Shown: positions 22,650-34,760 of the stretch, piece after piece
How the letters are laid out: each line of letters opens with the position of its first letter
Position numbering within the stretch: the first letter of the stretch is position 1
Source: Raillietiella orientalis
Lineage: Eukaryota
NCBI GenBank assembly: GCA_036172245.1
Contig: JAYWIR010000021.1
Coordinates: 3,100,001-3,164,000, forward strand
DNA: 64,000 bases
Reading direction: 5' to 3'
The notes under the pieces: generated by a model
The model's input: the letters and a program-made list of their open reading frames with translations, nothing else
Database searches by the model: none
What the model was told of the DNA's origin: nothing
Translations under genes and position numbers: made by a program

Positions 22650-23410
22650 ACAACCGGGAAACGCATGCATAATGCCAAGAGTTTCTGAATCATCGAAGAC
22701 GTGCGAGCAGAGCGCGAGAGCCTCCGGCGCTGTTTGCTGTGCCTGCGAAGCAGTGCAGAGCTTCCTGTTGCCGTCGAATGCTTTTCGAAAAGTGTTTCCT
22801 GTGTTTCTATGGAGGTGACGTGGCTGGCGTTCCAACTGCTCCCGTGTTTTGTTGATTCCTGACGACGAGAGTCCTCGATGCGGAAGGACTTTGGACGCCT
22901 TTGCCGAAGCGGAGGAAGCGAGGCTGGCACACCTCCCGCTGGCGCCACCGGGTGGATGCAGCGCATCCGCGGGAAACCCGGCGTCGGGCAGCCACCTTCC
23001 TTCTCCTTCCTGTTGTTCCAAGACGAGAGTTCGCTTTCTTCTTGATTCTCAGGATGAATCCTTCGGCTCGCAGCCGGACTTGGGCTGGGAGATGGCCGTG
23101 GAGTCCCCCCGCGGGCGTTCGCCCCGTTCTCGAAGGTGGAACAGGCGAGGTACGCTCAGCCAGGTTGCGCGCGTCAAGGACAGCTCGGAACGATGGACTT
23201 CGGTCGCATGGGGGTGCTTCCGGGGGGAGGCTCAGAGGCCGGGTGTGCTGACACACGCCCTGCAGCAGTTCTCGCGACCTTCCGCCTTTACGGGGGCCGG
23301 AACCCGGGAGGAAGAGGAGAGGGGGCGAAGCAGCGTGCCTGCCCTCTTCATCTTCCACTTCCTGCGGAGATTCTGAGGGATCGCACCGTCCCAGGCCCCT
23401 AACTTTCCAC
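22650..23410 (-). mobile_element. PIF/Harbinger (HARBI1-like) transposase fossil
   Basis: Ordered motifs across frameshifts: LGAWDGAI (~IGAIDGTH), RKGGRS..QGVCQH (~RKGxHSxNxQxVCD), WLPDAGFP (~LGDSGYP), KTREQLER (~RTRxxIER). Confidence 0.6.
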
Positions 23411-25074
23411 TTTCCCCCCTCCCCCCCTCGACCCAGTTCCTCCTTTCAGGAGAATATTCCCTTCCCCTCTCCCTCTGGAACATTCGGAAGAAATGCTGTT
23501 CCCGGCTTTGGAAATCGTGGGAAGAAAATGCCGCCGCAGCGATTCCAGGGCGTTTTATTTTATGTTATTTTTTTTTTTAAGGGGGGTTCCCTCGACTTTG
23601 GGATGCCGTTTCATCCTTACCGGACCCCGTCCGAACGGGAGCCGCGGTCCGAACGTTCCTGCCCATTGTTTCCGCGTGGACACGGGAACGCATGGACACG
23701 CCGGTGAGAGCGGTCAGCGGGCAGGCTAATTGTCCGCGTCGGGAAAATCTTTCCGATTGGGGTGGGAATTCCCATTCGTTCCCTTTGTTCCCCCGCTTCC
23801 ACATCGGAATCTGGCATTCCCGTTCACAAAGAGTTTCTCTGGTTCGAATGAGAGGATTCCGTTTTCGGGAATGCTCATTTCCACAGTCCTGGAAACGGAC
23901 AACGGGAATCTCCAGGATTCGTCGTGAGAAACGCAGTCAGAGTTTTGCTTTTTTTCTTTGTCTTTCGCGGACGTTTGCTCGTTTCCTTTCTTTCCAAGGA
24001 AACCGGGAGGAGGTGGAAAAGGTGGGGGGGGGGGGGATAGGAGGGAAGGGGAGGCGGGAGATCCCTGCTTTTCGCCCGCACCGCGTGAGCTTTCAGCTCC
24101 ATCGCCCGAGCCCCGGGAGGTGAAACCAAGTCGGGAACGGACGGCCTGCGATGGACCTTCGAATGTTCACCTGGGAAACCCTCTCCTGCTCCCTTCCGTC
24201 CTGACCCCAACCCACCCCGTCTTCCTCGTTCCCGTTGTCGCGGGGGTGCAGTGACTGTTTCTTTGATACCATAAATCCAGGAAGCTAATTCGGATGACGG
24301 GACCGGGAGGAAACTCGTTTCCTCTGTCTTGTTAGCCGCATTCTTCCCCCGCTCACCCTCCCCTTCCCCACTTTCCTTGTTTTCCCCGAGTCCCATCACC
24401 TATAACCTTCCGCTCCAGCGTTTCCTGCGCGGCTCCTGCTCGCCGGAGCGGTTTTCTAGGGATTAGCTACTCACTCCCGAATTCCAAAGTACCGTAGGAA
24501 GCGGTTTCTTCCCTTCACTTCCCGCATCCCCTTCCTCTCTCTCTCTCTTTTTTTTTTTTTTTTTTTTCGAACCCAGAATCCCCCACTTCCTGATCCTCGA
24601 CCTTTCCGGAGCACCGTGGGAGCTTCCTGCTGCGGAGCAGCACATGACCAGAGGCAGGTGAACAGCAGACCCGGATCGCTCCTCGGCAGTCGCGTCGGAG
24701 GAGCCGAGGGGGCGCAGGCGGATGGAGTGCTACGCGGCGAAGACGAGAGGCGCTCTCGGACACCTGCTCTCCTTGCGATGCCGTGCCTCCGGGAGGTCAA
24801 GAGACCCGGGTCCTTCCAAACGCTCTCTCTCGGAGATGGAGAGGGAATGATGAGGGGAGGGAGGGAAAGGGAACCAGAAGGTAGGATGGGACAAGGAAGA
24901 AGAGGATAGGGGGAGGAAAAAGGCTCAATGGAGAGGTCTCGTTCACAGTCACTGGGTAGGAAGGACTCAAACACCGTGGGAGGCGGGCTGGGGCTCTCAC
25001 CGCTCCTCCGGAGAGAAGCTGCCCGCCACTTGAAGGTGAAACGCGTCGCCTCCCGTCGCGGTCTTTCTGGGAGA

Positions 25075-25109
25075 GCACTTTCCATCCGGAGACTCCGGAT
25101 GGAAAGTGC
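25075..25109. repeat. Perfect palindrome 17-1-17
   Basis: GCACTTTCCATCCGGAG-A-CTCCGGATGGAAAGTGC. Confidence 0.95.
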
Positions 25110-25692
25110 CCCCTTTCGCAGGAGAAGTCCCTTGTTTGCCCTCCAAGGAGTCCAGCCAGAGTCTCGCCGCCACATCTCAGCTCCCCTTGTCACGGAAAGA
25201 GCGGCCTCCTTCCCCTTTCGCCGCCGGAGAACCAGGATAGAGGCTCCACCCGAACGAGCGGCTTCCGGAGAACCGACGAGTCCTGGAGCGACGCTGGGGA
25301 GAGCACCGCTCCTTCAGGAAGGGCCTTGGAATCCGTCGACCCCCTGCGGTGGCAATTCGGGAAGACTTTCTCCCATCGGTTCGCCCCTCCTGACCTTCCT
25401 TCCTCAGTTTCGGGCGTCTCGCGTTCCCGTTCCCCCTTCCGGTTCTTCGGCTTTTCTTCGGTCTGCTTGGGAACGTCAAGTCAGCTCCCGCTTCCGGATT
25501 CCGGCGAACTTTTCAGGCTTTCACAGCGCCTTGGTAAAATAAGTGAAGCAGGCGTTCCCCAGGCAGATCCCAGCTGAAATCATTCTTAGAGGGAACGCTT
25601 CATGGGCAATCGGAGTCGAGCCCAAAGTCCCGGATGATCGGAGCAGCGACTTCCTTGCCACGACGAAGGCGTCGAGCGTGAAGCACCACCAT

Positions 25693-25738
25693 GAAGATGG
25701 CGTCGGATGGGATGTTCATCCCATCCGACGCCATCTTC
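25693..25738. repeat. Perfect palindrome 22-2-22
   Basis: GAAGATGGCGTCGGATGGGATG-TT-CATCCCATCCGACGCCATCTTC. Confidence 0.95.
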
Positions 25739-27019
25739 CGGAAGGGAGGAGAAGTCTTTCCCCTCGACGTCTGAGGGGAACCGCCGGGCCAAGGTCTCGG
25801 TGCGGACCTGCGGAGGGCCGGAAGGGTCACCAGCCTCCCAAAAAACCTTTTCCAAGCACTCGTGCTTGTCGTCCAGGAGCTCAAGTTTACCGTGTTTGCG
25901 CCGAAAGAAGAAATCAAGGTTTCCTCTCTTCCTTTCTCCCCTCCGTCGAATCGCCGTCTTCTTCCTCCGCGGGAAAGGGGAGCTGCGATCGCCTGCTGAT
26001 CGCTAGGGAGCAGCTACACGACCGGCGTGCTCCCCAATCCGAGCTTCCTGTATGCGCAAAGACGTTCCCGGATGCAAAGACCGTTCGCTGCGGACCTGCG
26101 GATGGCCGAACGAACGATCGGGGAACGAAGTGATGGCGCGCGCGACGTGGCGAGAGCCACCTGCCGGTACGGAGCATCTCGACGCGAAGAGTGACTGTTG
26201 AGGACGGGAGAAGCTCCAGCTCCTCTTTGGCACTGGACTATTTCTTCTCTGGTCCACCCGTCACGTGTGACGCACTCGTGCGGGCGTGTGTGATGGACCG
26301 CGATGAGCACGTACGGGAAGCGGCTGCGTCGTGCTTCTAAGCCTGGCGATCCGCAAGGACACGTGATGGCTTGGAGACACATGTGCATGGCCAACGACTT
26401 GCTTGCTTGGTTCCATGACGTGTGCGATTCCTGAGAAAAAGGCATGCTCACTTTGTACAGAGCCTGTTGCTTGCCTGCTTGCCCCTGGCTTCGATGCCAT
26501 AGTCATCCCTTTCTCAATCTTCGTGTCTTCAGCCGCCAAATTCAACCAAGTGTGTCGGTTCCGCTCTTAGGCGTGCATCCCCGCTTCTTGCCGGAAGAGG
26601 AGTCCTTCCCCTCCCCCTGAAATCCTTGAATCGTCTCATTTTTCTTTTCCTCTTTTTGGCATCGCAGACATCGCTTGAAAATCGTTTTAAACTGTTTTCC
26701 CCCATCTTCTCCTATCCTTAGGAACTCTTCGCTTAGACGGGAGAGCCATTTCTCCCGATAGGGATCACGTTCGGCTGCCCTTTTTTTTGTATGTATCTCG
26801 AAAAATTCCTCATCAGGTCTTTCTTGTAGTGACTATCGAAAAAGTGCTTTTACCTTGAGAAACCAGTTCTTCCGAGGTTTCCACTTCCTGAGCGGCGCAG
26901 ACTTCAGGGTCCATCGCGACGATGGTGACTCTATTCTATCCCGAAACGAAGAATGCTCGAGGCTGAAGAATGCGTGAGCTTGCAGGTCGGCGCGGGAGTC
27001 CATCGCGTGGTCCGTCCAA

Positions 27020-27170
27020 CCACCAGGAGCAGCGAAGGGTTCGCAGGGGCTTCGTTCCTTTCGATGAAGGACCACCGCTGCTTCCTCGCATGACGGAGGA
27101 GAAAACAGTCGGCTGCTGCCGCCTTCCATCGAGGAAGCGAAGCGTTTTCTTTTCCACCAGAGCTCTTCGG
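27020..27170 (-). mobile_element. Possible hAT C-terminal dimerisation domain fragment
   Basis: LWWKRK...AVVLHRKERSPCEPFAAPG resembles LxWWK...SxPxERxFSxAG. Confidence 0.3.
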
Positions 27171-28699
27171 CGCCTCTTTCGTCACAGCGGGTCGTGCGCA
27201 CAGGCGTCGTATCGCGCTGATACGCTTTCAGTCTCGGGCTGCGTCGAGTCCGCTGCATGCCTAAGGGTAAGCCTTCGGAGACCTCACTTTGTCTTCTCTT
27301 CGATGGTGTGCGCGTAGGTGGACTTCGCGAGGATCAAAGGGTCACCTCTGGAGGCTTCACTCCCCTGTTGACCGACGAGCAAGGACTCTCGAAAAGATAG
27401 GCGCTCTCGCACACGCCATCCACAGGTCCACCGCTTCCTCTGCTATGACTGCGATAAAAGACACATTCTTCTCTGCAGACTCATGGCCCAACTCATAATC
27501 CGTGAAGCATCCATCCGATTTTTTTTTTCTTCCATTTCGACAGGGTCATCAACGTTTCTTAGTCTGAGGAAAACGCAAGCGTTCTGTCTGTTTGTCAGGC
27601 TGTCTCCAGAAGGTAGAGTTCGTCAACGGCTCGTTTCTGGAGGACAAGTTTTCCTTGCCGGAGCGGTCTGCTGTCTGAAACGCGCTCCCGGTTCCCCTCC
27701 TCCGCCCCTACTTTTAGTTTGCTCCGTCCCAGAGACTCCCAAAAGCAGACGAAGGACCTCCCTTATGTATCGCCTGGAATTACGTTTCGGCACCTTTCTC
27801 CAGTCTGGTGAGAAAGGGGGGTAGGGGAGGCTGGTTGACGACGCCTTCTTTCAGATGGCAATCTCTGCCACCAGTGCATACCATCCAGGAATCTTGACGA
27901 GACTTGCGGACGAAGAGAGGGATGCGTGTCCGATCGAGGGCGCGGTTGTGGCGGGGAACGAAGCAGCCGCATTGGGAAAGGGTGGGAGTAACGGTGGTAA
28001 ACCGCTCCTTTCCAAGAATGCTTGCGCTGCTTCCTACCTCCCTCCCCCTTCCCTCGCAAGCAAATCCTTCGCGTCTTCCCGGAACGAGGCGGCGGCTCTC
28101 GAGGGGTTTGTCGCATGATCCCCTCCCCTCGGTCCATCGCAAGGATCGCGGCAGGAGGGAATCTCGTGATCGCCGCGATCTCCTCGCCGCTTCCCCTTTG
28201 CTGTATCCCCCGTGGTTTCATGAGTTCTTCTTCATGAGCTTCCTTTTTCAGCCGATCTATCCCTTCATTTGATCCCTTCAGCTTCCTCGCATTTCCTGCT
28301 CACCTCCCCTTTAGCCACCGTTTCGCCCAGGACCGCCCGCACACAGCTTTCCCGGGTTGTCATGCGATCTCCATCCTTCTCGGACGCCGGTGAAAACCGA
28401 CCTGGAGGGCGTCGCTGTCGCTGCCGCGCAAGCAGGGATGAGCTCGGTTCCGAGTGAGCTTTCCTTGCGGGGCTGTCCTTTAACCCGCAGAAAAACTTCC
28501 AGGCCACCGCTGTGCGCGCGGAGCATTCCAAGGGATTGAGGAAGAGCGCTTGAGGGAGGTCTTCGGGGAGGAACATGCAGCAGTCATCAGGGGGGAAAGA
28601 AGGACAGGGTAGGTGGAGAGAGGAAACTCGCCGCTCCTCCAGTGGAAGGCATGGGAGGAGGAAAAAGGGTGGATCGAAATAAAGGAGGACTCTTCCGCA

Positions 28700-30080
28700 G
28701 GCGAGGAAAGAGTACGCCTCGGGGCACTTCCATCGGAGAGGAAGGAGGCAGAGGTGGGACGAGGTGCCCTCTCGTGTGACTTCTACGGGTTCAAAGAGGG
28801 GAGAACCGGATTGGCGAGTCTCCGATACTCCTGTTGCCGAGGCTCGGCAGGGTGAGCCTGGGTGCTCGAGGGGTATTGCAAAGGCATGGTTCCCCTCCTC
28901 CATTCTATCTCCGATTTAAGAGATCCTCCGCGGAGAAGAGGAGGGAGGAGAAAAGGAATCACGTTGCATCCACGTGGATCCTACTCTCAGAAGTCCGCGT
29001 CCTCCTCTCGGGCAAGGCACGCCCCCAATGGCTCGCTCACTCGTTCGCGAAGAGGAGGAGGAGGAAATCCCTGGGTCGTGAGGATCGAGGGGTCACCGCC
29101 AGGGGTCTCCTTCCCTGTTTGTCCACCGATGAGCGAGGAAACTCCCGAAGAGATTGGCATGCCCGCACGCGTCTGCGGAAGGTGAGGAGCTGCACACGCG
29201 ATAGATGCTGCCGGATGCAGCACCACGTGTGCCTACTCTAGGCAGAGATGCACGTCAGCCGCCAGTGGCTTCCGCGATGGAGAAAAGAAGGGTTCGTCGG
29301 AACGGGGGGTGAGCGAGGGGCTCCTCCGCCCAGTTCACCCTGCTTGGTGGCCCCCACAAAAAGTCACCTGTTCCCTCATTCCTTTCCTTCCTCCCTTTCA
29401 CTCAGAGAGATCCTGAGGATCCTCGTGGGCAAACGCAAGGCGAAAGAGGAAGAGGAAATCTCCTCGGACGCATAGAAGATCCGAAGGATGATGAGCAGGA
29501 CGAAGTATGATGACCTCATGCCGCTCAATCTTGGAGGAAGGAGGCAAATGGAGACCGAGGCCCTCCCACACATGGATGCTTCAGCTGGAACGAGGGAGCA
29601 GCAGGATGCGATGAGGAGGAGATCTCAAGACGCCATTGGAAAGGTGGGGGGGAATGCGAAATCTCTGCGAGATGCACGGAGCAGGAGATTTGGGGAGACG
29701 CATTTCTGGCCGCAGCCTTCCCTTCGAGCTCTGGCTTAGCGAAACGACAAAGATAAAACATATTTCGCGCTTGGAGACGGAGGAGGAAGGGTGCAAAAAG
29801 AGAGGCTCCTCGCGCGCACAAGTGGCGGAGTCAAGCCGAATGAGAAGGGGAGGTGGGTAACGAGCCAGGAAGTAGACGAGAGAGACGGGAAGCAAAGGAG
29901 GCCAAAGGACGCAGTGGAAGCGGCAGAGAGGAGGAGGCGTGGCGGCTCACTATTTCAGCGTTCAACGATAACCAGGGGGAGCACCCTCACGGAGGGCCGG
30001 ATGCTCCGAAACTCGAGCGGAATCGTTCCACTGGGAGCACGAATTCCCCAGTGGTATCTGAAGCTGCATCGCGAGTGACC
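28700..30080 (+). mobile_element. RTE-like LINE reverse transcriptase fossil
   Basis: Ordered motifs: FAKRR..EDRGVT (~KKGD..NYRGIT), LRKVRSCT (~FRKGRSCT), GVSEG (~GVRQG), SRTKY (~KTKY), DAIGK, LSETTKIK (~LSxxTKLK), VTSQEVDER (~VxNxEVLxR). Confidence 0.65.
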
Positions 30081-30829
30081 AGGGGACAAGCTTCCCCCGC
30101 CTGCTCGTAGGTGGACGGAAGAGGATCCGCAAGGAGTTGCAGAGCCTCTCCGACGACGGCCGTCGCGCCTTCCTGTTGGGCTCGCTCAACCCGTCTTCAC
30201 CGGTTCTCCCCCAATGTTCTTCGAGAGCTCACCTCCGGAAGCTGCGAGCAAAAGGAAAACACAGAAGATGAAGTTTCTCACGTACATCCTGCAGAAGATC
30301 GTGGAGATGAGCACCGCATGAACAGGCTCCATGAGACTCCCACTCGAGTCATCGGACAAGCAGCGTCCAGCTAGCCCGATCGTAGCTGGAGAAGGGACTC
30401 CAGTTCCTCGCTCGTGACCAGAAGGAAGTTTCCTGAAAGGCTCCCTCTCTCTCAAAGAACGGCGTCAGAAAAAAAAAAGGAAGGAAGGGAAACAGCAACA
30501 GCCATGATGACGAAAGAGAAAGGGAGATGGAAGAGGAAGATTCCCTTTTGGTCCGCAGGAATGCAAATGGATATGAAATTTAATTAAAGAGGATGACCAT
30601 GCATCCGGCACCACGCCCATGCCAAGGAGGCTCCGCGAATCTTGAAACTCTCCTTGTTCCGCTCTTTCTCCCTTGACGGAATGACACGGAGAACTCGGTA
30701 CGAACCTCATCCTCATCCTATACCCTGTGCCCACACCAGGACTCCGCGGGCGTTGATACGGAAACTCTAGACTCAGAACTGGCACCATGACAGGAACGCG
30801 AGGCGCTCCAGGGTTTCTCTCGGCGGGAG

Positions 30830-33800
30830 ACCCTCACAGTGCTTACCTTGGAGTGCGTCCAACAGAAACATGGGTGAGGAGCGCACCGGTGTCCTGAGGA
30901 ACCACTGACCGTCACTTGTCAGGACAAGGGGTAGTCCGATACACTGAAACTTTATCCGATCTGCTGCTCTTTCGATGTTCATGCGTTTGTAGTTGGCTCC
31001 TCTTCCTCCGGGAAGGCACGAACCTAAGAAGCGTTGGGTCTGCATTAATTTCCTCCAGATAGAAAGGACATGGGATTAGCCTGGAAAGGTGAGCCGAACA
31101 CTCCTTGAGATGCACGGGCAAAGGAGGAAGCGGAAGACCAAACGGACCAAAGCGAGAAGACGACCATGCTCCCAATTTTCCTCGGCACTATCCTTCGATT
31201 TCTAGGATGGAGCCCCCTTGTCGGGAAGAGCTCTGAGGAACCCCATCTTGAATAGGAGAAGCAGTGGTGAGACTCGTGCAGAAGGCTCAATGCAGGTTCC
31301 AACGAATCGCTGCGACCAGATTTGCGGACGCTGGAGGTGACAACGAAGAGAAATGAAGAAGCTTGTCTGGTTGGAAGCGTCGTTGGAGATGCCACCACAC
31401 TTCTCGATAGTTTGCCACTGGGTGGAAGAAAAAGCATCAGGACGGAAATCTTGCCGAACTCTCTAGAAATATCTGGAACGAAACGAAGGAGGAGGAGGAA
31501 GTGTGCTTTTTTCTCTCATGTCTCTTTCTGGAGGAGGAGCGGCTTGCAGCACCGGTGCTCACGGGGCAATTGAAACAGAACAGGACACTTCGTCCGAACA
31601 GCCTTCTAAATGCCTGTCCATGCTCTGTGATGCAAATGATTCAAGCAGCAGTTGCGGGCAGCAGCAACAGTTGCTGAGTGGGCGCCTTATTTGGTGTTTC
31701 TAGAAAAAAACGCTGCCAACACTTAAAACTCAGTCTCCTTTCTGGTGGTCATTCAGATACAGGACGAGTCCTTCCACTGTATTGAGTCCGCCTAGTAGGT
31801 GTTAAGTGAAAGCGTGAAGACGGCAGGATCAGTCATTCACAGGCTCTGGAATACATCCGGAACCTGAGAGGATCGACTGAAGAAATATGCACGAACCCCT
31901 CTTGATCCAGGACAAGAAAAGGGAATCGCAAACGACGAAGTTTTCCTAGCCATTTCCTGGTCCAGCCAAGAGCAGCAGGAGCTGCTCTTTGCTGGACCGT
32001 ACCCAGTTGCACCTGTTCCAGTGTTTCCTAACCTCTTATATTTTTCTCCCTCGATGATCCTCGCCAGCAGCACAGAAGTACACTGTCCTGTCAAAGGGCA
32101 GAAAGATCACTGGTCTCATGCAAGTCGGGAGGAAAACAGAGTGAAACGTGCACTGGAGACGGCATCTCACTATCGTGAAGAGAAAATACGCGATGGAGGC
32201 GATGAAACTCCATGTCAGCTGAAAGATGAGTTTTCGGTGATTGCAGAGAGAGAGCCTGCACCTGGATCCTTTCAGACAGGCGTCCAGAGGGGCGGATTCA
32301 CAGTTCAGGGCTTTCCACTTCGAGGAAAGGCACACTTTCGCCGGGAATCTTGCAGGAGATCCCTAGGAGAGTAAGTGGAAAGAGCGAATCCCCCTTGGAA
32401 ACTCGATGAATCCTTTGCGAGAGTAGTGAGCTCCTTCCCAAAGTCATTCTTTCTTCCCACAAGGGAAGGAAGGATATTCGGAAGACACCTCATTATCCGG
32501 GTACTTTTTTATTCAGCGGCTCCGCTTGCCCTCCTCCTTTATTCTTATGTCTCCTTGGGAAAAGTCTTGGACGAAAAATCACAAGAAACATGAAACGTCG
32601 GATGCACTTGCTGGGGGGATTACCTCAAAGGAATCTCATCAATGGATCCTCGTTGTTCCATAGGAGGACACCGTCTTTTCTCAGAAGGGGCTGGGTGGTT
32701 CTTCTCCGGACTTCACACGAACGGAGATCAACTAACGGGAAAGCAGCTAATTTTTCCTCAGGAACATTCCGTAGCTGACGGAGAAACCCTCCGAAAGCCG
32801 AATACGATTCTTCGCAGGTGCCCGATGCGCTCTGGAAGATTCCTACTCTTTCCTGAAGGCAGTTTCTGGGTTTCGGAAGGAAGCTGTAGCTTTGAATGCT
32901 GCAGCTGGCGGAGTCTCTGACCCTTCCGCTCTGTAAAAAAGGTGATTCCAGAGTCAAGCGAGGAAGATCGAAGAGGGGTCCCGAAGATCGTAGAGATGAA
33001 GCTGGTAGATCACGCTGACCACGTTTCTACTAACTACAGACCTCTGGGAAATTTCAGCGTAGGCGGCTCTCTGTTTAAGAGCCAGGAAGCTGTAGGAGGA
33101 GGGAATCCAGAAGGTCCTGAGTCTGAGGGAACGGTTGCGGATAATCCCACTGCCTTTGTTCGAAATTGGAAATATGCACTGCCGAGAAGAGGAGATAGGA
33201 TAGACATATCCTGCCTCCTTTGCTTTGATAGAGCATCGCGTTGCCCATCCGAAATGCTCGAAGATGTCTGTAGAGAGGATCCCACCAGGATTGCAATCAA
33301 TCTCGGTCGAACCCCCGGCGTCAGCAATTCAATTTGCTGAGCGACACGACTCTAAAGAAAACAAGGAATCCCCTCAAGACGGGGGAAGGGTAGAATCGCT
33401 CCAGAACCCAGTCTACATCGCCTCTCCCAGCCCATTTGTGCGATCGCCTCCGGGTCCCAGCGTTCCGGGTATATCTGGCGCTTCTCCCCTGGGATGCAAC
33501 TTTTTAAGTATGAAAGAGATGCAATCAGGTGAAATCATGAGGGGTAGAGAGGAGAGAAAAGAAGAAAGGGGTGGGGGGCTTGAGCAGGGGGAGGGGAGAA
33601 ATAAATCTTTGCGCGGGTTAAATCAGCAGTTATTCCCGGATATTCCCCTTTTCTCTCTGTCATTTAGGTTTTATCCCAAGTACGCATGGTTTCGGAACAA
33701 AAGATCTCTTCCTCTTGCTCGTCCTCGTCGATGCCACAAGAGCAGTTGGTTCGATGCTTCCCCGAATGGATCTTCCGGAGTCGTCTCCTTTCTTTTCTCT

Positions 33801-34335
33801 TTCTTGCGAAAGTTGCTCAACTCTCAGATTCTCACAGTCATTCTTGGCAACAGAACCGCCAAAAGCAACCTTTTCTCCCTAGGTGTGCAGAGCTCTTGCT
33901 CTCTATGCATACCTAGTTTTCTGCATACTCTAGTTCCTGAGGATGAAAGAAAGAGTTCTTTCCTTCCACAGATTCAGCTCTGCTCGCCTGCCTCCTAATT
34001 CCCTAGTCCTCCCGAAGTGCCATCGCTCGCAAATTCGATTGCACTTCTGGGGCAACCTCGGTAACACGGCTTAGTGTGCTCTCTCTTCCTGATGAGATCC
34101 GCTCCGCAAGCAGGGTGGATACTTTCTGGTTCCTGCATTCGAAAATCGGGATTCATGCACTCTTCGAGGGCTGCGGCTATGCGCTTAGCTAACTTCTCTT
34201 AAGTGCTCTTCGCCTCCCCTGACCTTGATCACACTCTTTGCCTGAATATTTTCCTCACAATCCTCTATCCTCTTCTTCGACTCGCGATCGGCCAATGTTG
34301 AGTTCTTCTACTGATGATGATGATGACTTTGCCAT
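30830..34335 (-). mobile_element. CR1/L2-type LINE fossil with ORF1, APE endonuclease and RT remnants
   Basis: ORF1: RRLRK..GKHR, RDLLFRN, ITADLTRAK. APE: IPG..GDRTNGLG, ILVGS/LYR. RT: SCPGSRGVRAYFF (~SPGPDGIPAYFL), WK..HQKGD, LLHESHHCF (~QHGF), VSG/PQ..SPMF (~SGVPQGxVLSP). All are in the expected order with many stops. Confidence 0.65.
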
Positions 34336-34730
34336 TTTGCTTTCATCTCAGGTAAAGAGCATTGTTCCTGCAGTTTACAGAAGGCATTGGTAAAATTCTC
34401 CATTTTCCGGTTTGTTTACGTCACTTCACCAGTCCTTCGCTCTCACCCTTTAGCACATGCACCAACCCAACGCTTCAGACCCATGCACAATCCATCAGTT
34501 GAAATCTGTACCTGTCCAGGGAGTGGTTCTTCTTTTCCTCGATCGATCTCACGCGTTGGGCAACATTCCTGATCAAACTTACCCTCGAGCTCTTCTTTAT
34601 GTGCCATTTATCGCATTTGCAGAGTCACCAGTGAAGAAAACTGTTATCGATCTTTGTTCCTAGGTCTTCATTAAAGAGTTTGCGTTCCCCCGAGTCAGTA
34701 AATGATCAAGGGATGCGATGCATCTCTCGG

Positions 34731-34760
34731 TGAGTAGGAAGAGTGTTCTCTTCCTACTCA
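34731..34760. repeat. Perfect hairpin 13-4-13
   Basis: TGAGTAGGAAGAG-TGTT-CTCTTCCTACTCA. Confidence 0.9.

Noticed and set aside
26014..26545. CPCG motif suggesting a LINE C-terminal zinc knuckle
   Set aside because: A single weak motif with no supporting neighbours.
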